Program-made: the position numbers and the translations under genes
Notes under the pieces: generated by a model
What the model saw: only the letters and a program-made list of their open reading frames with translations
The model's database searches: none
Told to the model about the DNA's origin: nothing
DNA from: Alphaproteobacteria bacterium MarineAlpha9_Bin6
GTDB taxonomy: Bacteria; Pseudomonadota; Alphaproteobacteria; UBA7887
Reading direction: 5' to 3'
NCBI GenBank assembly: GCA_002937585.1
Contig: PTKE01000003.1
Span: forward strand, 40 to 64,039
Length of the DNA stretch: 64,000 nt
Part shown: positions 60,001 through 64,000 of the stretch, in pieces
Layout: each line of letters starts with the position of its first letter
Position numbering within the stretch: the first letter of the stretch is position 1

Positions 60001-61071
60001 TCAGGCCAATCCCTTTGTTTCTATTAAGCCCCAAGCCCGCGCAGCATACAGTCCAGTCATAGCGCCCACTTCTCGCGCGTTCGAACTGCTTGCAATTCCT
60101 CTTGCGGCGCGTGCCAAAATTCCCTCCGCAATAGCCGCCATGCGAAACAATGAAAAAACCATATAGAAGGTGAGATCGAAAGATGGCCGATCGGTAGTTT
60201 CACAATACCTGCGGACGTAATCTTCAGGGTTAGGAATGCCCATTGACTCCAACTCAAGACCCTTAAGCCCGTTAAACTCCTCGGGGGCCATGTAGAATGG
60301 CATGATATTGTACGCTAAATCGCCAAGGGGGTGCCCCAAAGTAGATAATTCCCAATCAAATATTGCGATTACCTCGGGACCTACAGGATGGAACATCGTA
60401 TTACCAAGTCGAAAGTCGCCGTGGATCAAAGTGGTCTCGTCATCCTCTGGTACGTGAGAACTAAGCCATTCGATTAGACGCTCCATTTCGGGAATGTCGC
60501 TTTGCTTCGACAAATGCCATTGCTTTCCCCAACGCCCAACCTGTCGGGTGAAATAATTGCCTGGCTTCCCAAAATCGGCGAGGCCGCACGCTTTCCAATC
60601 AACCCGGTGAATTCGTGCCAAAACGTCATTCATTGCCTCCCAAATTTCGCGCCGTTCCTGCGGCGTGACATCAGGTACAGAATTCACGTGAAATACGCGA
60701 CCGACCATCCGCTCCATGACATAGAACGGGGTGCCGATGACGTCTGGGTCCTCACACAAGTGCAGCATCCGCGCGACCGGCACATCTGTATCGATGAGCG
60801 CGGCTTGAACTCGATATTCTCGTTCCACTGCGTGTGCAGATGGCAACAACTCACCCGGCGGTTTTTTCCTCAGCACCCATTCTTGTTTACCACACTTGAG
60901 TAAATAAGTTGGGTTCGATTGCCCTGCACGCATCTGCGCTACATCGATTGGACCTTCAAGACCGTCAATCTGATTACGTATGTACTCAGAAAACCGGTCG
61001 ACATCGAACTGGTGCGCCTCGCGAACCGGAATCGTCTCGCTCAAACCTTCATAATTAAAATTTCGCGCCAT
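60001..61071 (-). CDS. phosphotransferase (APH/choline-kinase-like) family protein
   Basis: 356 aa. HGDFRLGN catalytic loop and an IFDWE motif. Confidence 0.75.
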   Translation of the reverse strand: MARNFNYEGLSETIPVREAHQFDVDRFSEYIRNQIDGLEGPIDVAQMRAGQSNPTYLLKCGKQEWVLRKKPPGELLPSAHAVEREYRVQAALIDTDVPVARMLHLCEDPDVIGTPFYVMERMVGRVFHVNSVPDVTPQERREIWEAMNDVLARIHRVDWKACGLADFGKPGNYFTRQVGRWGKQWHLSKQSDIPEMERLIEWLSSHVPEDDETTLIHGDFRLGNTMFHPVGPEVIAIFDWELSTLGHPLGDLAYNIMPFYMAPEEFNGLKGLELESMGIPNPEDYVRRYCETTDRPSFDLTFYMVFSLFRMAAIAEGILARAARGIASSSNAREVGAMTGLYAARAWGLIETKGLA

Positions 61072-61127
61072 CTTGGGGTTCTTATATCTAAATTCGCAAG
61101 CAGCACAAACTCGCCACCAACTTATGT

Positions 61128-62213
61128 CTAATTTTCAGCGTCACGCAGTGCCATATAACCAAGCTCGGTAAGTGGAGAAAGCTCAATGATTTTTTCCCGG
61201 AACCCTAGCCAACTCTCATAGACTTTCCGAGTAAACGGGTCCTTCTCAGCGGCTTCACGTGCCACATCCGCACCAGCAGCCAACATGGCATCGTACACCT
61301 CCTGTGGGAACCTCCTCAATTGCACGTTATATTTGTCAAGTAACACACCCAACGCCTCAGCATTTCCAACCGTCATCTCGCACAACATGCGAAATGCCTC
61401 GTCGCCTGCGGCACGCTGTACGATAGCCTGTAGGTCAGCGGGCAATTCCTCGAAGGCTTTAGCGTTTATGGTCAACCCCAGCGCAGGGCCAGGCTCATGG
61501 ACTCCAGGTGCATAATAGAACTTAGCTACCTTGTGAAATCCGAAGGCAAGATCATTATATGGTGCGATCCATTCGGTCGCATCGATCGCCCCAGTCTGCA
61601 GAGCAGGCAAGATTTCAGCTCCTGGCAAGTTCACAGGGATCGCCCCGAGCCGTGCCATAACCTCTCCGCCCAAACCAGGTATCCGCATTCGTAAACCTTT
61701 GAAATCCTCCAAGCCGTTTATCTCCTTTCGGAACCAACCTCCGACATTGGAACCTCCGGAACCAGCCAAAAACGGCTTAAGGCCGTAACCCGCATAAAGT
61801 TCGTCCCAAAGCGCCTGCCCACCGCCGAAATGTATCCAAGCAGCGTGTTCCGGTGCAGTCAGCCCGCCAGGAACCGAGCAAAAAAACGGCATCGCTGAAT
61901 GCTTCGCAAGCCAGTAATAAGGGGCGTCGTGGCCCATTTCGGCTATCCCCTCGCGAACCGCATCGAACACCTCAAAGGGTGGAACGAGTTCACCGCCGCC
62001 GTATACCTTGACCTCCAACCGTCCGTCGGACATTTCACGGATCGAATCAGCGATCCGTTGGGTGCCAGTACCAATGGCGGGGAAATTCTTGGGCCAAGCA
62101 GTTATCAACTTCCATCGAAACCTCCCCTGCGCAACGGCAGGAGCCGCAAAACTGGCCGCAGCTACTCCGGCACTAGCGTAGGCCGCAGTCCGGATAAAAG
62201 TGCGTCGTTTCAT
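61128..62213 (-). CDS. TRAP transporter substrate-binding protein (DctP family), orphan
   Basis: Tat/Sec signal (MKRRTFIRTAAYASAGVAAASFAAPAVA) and a DctP-like body. AGGGGGAG RBS. No dctQM genes adjacent. Confidence 0.7.
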   Translation of the reverse strand: MKRRTFIRTAAYASAGVAAASFAAPAVAQGRFRWKLITAWPKNFPAIGTGTQRIADSIREMSDGRLEVKVYGGGELVPPFEVFDAVREGIAEMGHDAPYYWLAKHSAMPFFCSVPGGLTAPEHAAWIHFGGGQALWDELYAGYGLKPFLAGSGGSNVGGWFRKEINGLEDFKGLRMRIPGLGGEVMARLGAIPVNLPGAEILPALQTGAIDATEWIAPYNDLAFGFHKVAKFYYAPGVHEPGPALGLTINAKAFEELPADLQAIVQRAAGDEAFRMLCEMTVGNAEALGVLLDKYNVQLRRFPQEVYDAMLAAGADVAREAAEKDPFTRKVYESWLGFREKIIELSPLTELGYMALRDAEN

Positions 62214-62300
62214 TACTCCCCCTCTATAAAGCTCGCTGCTACGCGCTCCGCATTTCGAGTCCTGGATGTTTCGTTTCACCAACGGGTTGAGCAAAAATAC

Positions 62301-62969
62301 TTAGTCGTCAGCGAGCACGAGATCAAACTTACCGGCCCTCATGCCATTGGCATGGATTTGATCGAATTTTACCAATAACGCGCGTCGGTCCTCCAATGCC
62401 ACCCCATTTAACAAATAATCCTGATCGTTATGTTCGTTACCATCGAAATACATTTGGGTAGTTAGAGATGAAAATTCCGACTTAACCTTAAAGTGGATAT
62501 GTGGTGGTCGAATCCAATCACCGTTAGCAGGATAAGAACCAGGAACGATAGTAACAAATCGATAATTTCCGTTCCCATCAGCAACGATACGTGCGTAACC
62601 TTGGAAATTGTGATCGAGCGGTTGACTGTTACCTGTATCGTGAAGATGAGCGTATCGGCCCCTAGCATTAGCCTGCCAGATTTCAAGGGTGCATCCGCCA
62701 GCCGAATGGCACCTGCTATCACGAACCTGGCCACTAACTTCAATCACCTCTCCAAAGGCCCGTCCAGTACCCCCAACTACATTTGTCATATCCCAATCTG
62801 TTTCTGACACCTCTTCCGGATAGAACGGGCCCTCTGCCTGTTTCGCAGTCCATAAGCAAGCAGCGTTAACTGAATTCTCCGCGAGCATATTTATACCGCC
62901 CGCAACGGCACCACCTACTAGCGCTCGACGCGAAATTTGGCTCAAATCCGTGAGTCTCTCAACGGTCAT
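62301..62969 (-). CDS. intradiol ring-cleavage dioxygenase-like protein with Tat signal
   Basis: 222 aa with an RR Tat motif and the RPPHIHF iron-ligand motif. Confidence 0.65.
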   Translation of the reverse strand: MTVERLTDLSQISRRALVGGAVAGGINMLAENSVNAACLWTAKQAEGPFYPEEVSETDWDMTNVVGGTGRAFGEVIEVSGQVRDSRCHSAGGCTLEIWQANARGRYAHLHDTGNSQPLDHNFQGYARIVADGNGNYRFVTIVPGSYPANGDWIRPPHIHFKVKSEFSSLTTQMYFDGNEHNDQDYLLNGVALEDRRALLVKFDQIHANGMRAGKFDLVLADD

Positions 62970-63091
62970 GGCATGAATCTCTCGTCTAAAACAGTTGCAG
63001 TCACTACAGTCCTCCCTACGTTAACATAGCAAGGTAATTCGATCAGATTTTACGCTGGCGGTACAGCACATCATTTAGCCGAATAAGGGAA

Positions 63092-63856
63092 GTGAAAATG
63101 GATTCAACAAGTATGGTCGCGCTCGTCACTGGAGCAGGATCAGGTGTCGGCCGTTATGCTGCGCTTGCGTTGTTAAACGATGGCTTTTCAGTGGCACTGG
63201 CCGGTCGGCGCGCCGAGGCCCTTGAAGAGACTATCAATCTGGCCGGTGCAAATAGCTCATCTGCCCTAGCGGTCCCAACCGATGTTACTGATCCCCCGGC
63301 CGTGAACAAATTGTTTGAAGCCACAAAGAAGCGATTTGGGAGGCTAGACCTTTTATTCAACAACGCTGGTAAGGGTGCACCTGCCAAACCACTCGAAGAG
63401 CTAACGGTAAAACAATGGAAGGACGTCGTGGACGTAAACCTAACAGGATCCTTTCTATGCACCCAAGAAGCGTTTCGGCTAATGAAAGACCAAGACCCGA
63501 TGGGGGGAAGGATTATCAACAATGGTTCTGTATCAGCCTATGCGCCCCGCCCAAATTCGGCACCCTATACGGCAACGAAACACGCGATAACGGGACTTAC
63601 AAAATCTACGTCTCTCGATGGGCGTAAATACGAGATCGCCTGCGGCCAAATTGACATTGGGAATGCCGCCACCGATATGACCGCGCGAATGAAGGACGGG
63701 GTCCCACAGGCAGATGGCCGAATGATAGTCGAACCCACTATGGACGTCGACAACGTTTCGCAGGCTATCCTTTACATGGCCAACTTACCGCCCGATGCCA
63801 ACGTGCAGTTTATAACGATTATGGCCACAAAAATGCCGTATCTAGGTAGGGGATAA
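63092..63856 (+). CDS. SDR family oxidoreductase
   Basis: 254 aa with TGAGSGVG and YTATK motifs. Confidence 0.8.
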   Translation: MKMDSTSMVALVTGAGSGVGRYAALALLNDGFSVALAGRRAEALEETINLAGANSSSALAVPTDVTDPPAVNKLFEATKKRFGRLDLLFNNAGKGAPAKPLEELTVKQWKDVVDVNLTGSFLCTQEAFRLMKDQDPMGGRIINNGSVSAYAPRPNSAPYTATKHAITGLTKSTSLDGRKYEIACGQIDIGNAATDMTARMKDGVPQADGRMIVEPTMDVDNVSQAILYMANLPPDANVQFITIMATKMPYLGRG

Positions 63857-64000
63857 TTTTCCACAAGCTGGGGCATATCGAACAAATCATGGCCTTGAAA
63901 TAACCCCGATCAGGGTCGGAAATTCGCAAGGTGTAGAACCGTCAGAAATTTAGCTTGGCCAAAACATGATAAGGACGGTAGTTGTAAGTGGACACATTCA

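Noticed and set aside
1-64000. CRISPR arrays, insertion sequences, integrases and phage genes
   Set aside because: I saw no direct-repeat/spacer periodicity, and no transposase, integrase or phage-like ORFs in any frame.

Overview
This window reads as a chromosomal segment of an alphaproteobacterium with roughly 50-55% GC. The gene content and synteny are the basis for that call: ihfA next to a MerR-family regulator, yceD-rpmF-plsX, nrdR-ribD-ribE-ribBA-ribH-nusB-thiL, and Ros/MucR.

The first ~20 kb is housekeeping. It holds tRNA-Pro, IHF-alpha, PlsX and ribosomal protein L32, a membrane H+-pyrophosphatase, the riboflavin operon with NusB and ThiL, GlyA, RpiB, a Ros/MucR regulator, and a complete branched-chain amino-acid (Liv-type) ABC transporter.

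The next ~10 kb is accessory metabolism: 5-aminolevulinate synthase, a class-C beta-lactamase-fold hydrolase, and a sugar-acid-like cluster with a UxaA-family dehydratase.

The centre of the window, about 31.6-47.5 kb, is a methylated-amine catabolic island.
- gmaS and mgsABC encode gamma-glutamylmethylamide synthetase and N-methylglutamate synthase.
- Three tightly coupled genes follow that are not part of the described pathway: an acidic 137-aa protein, a nitrilase-superfamily hydrolase, and a 195-aa protein.
- A GntR/FCD regulator comes next, then a standalone class-I glutamine amidotransferase and a GbdR/GlxA-like AraC regulator.
- These sit divergent from a heterotetrameric sarcosine-oxidase / N-methylglutamate-dehydrogenase-like operon (beta-delta-alpha-gamma subunits) and an iron-containing alcohol dehydrogenase.
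- A 5'-truncated remnant of a glycine-betaine ABC ATPase (proV-like) lies immediately upstream of mgsA.

The island is followed by a lower-GC stretch carrying a gamma-glutamylcyclotransferase-like gene and about 780 bp without ORFs. Beyond that is an acyl-CoA, CoA-transferase and hydratase cluster, moaA, nadK, a DUF3365 haem protein, an APH-family kinase, an orphan TRAP binding protein, and an intradiol-dioxygenase-like protein.

Two conserved genes each carry a single in-frame TAG: a ubiquinol-cytochrome-c chaperone-family gene and the GntR regulator. Nearby genes terminate with TAG, so TAG is an ordinary stop codon here.

I saw no CRISPR array, no transposase or integrase, and no rRNA.
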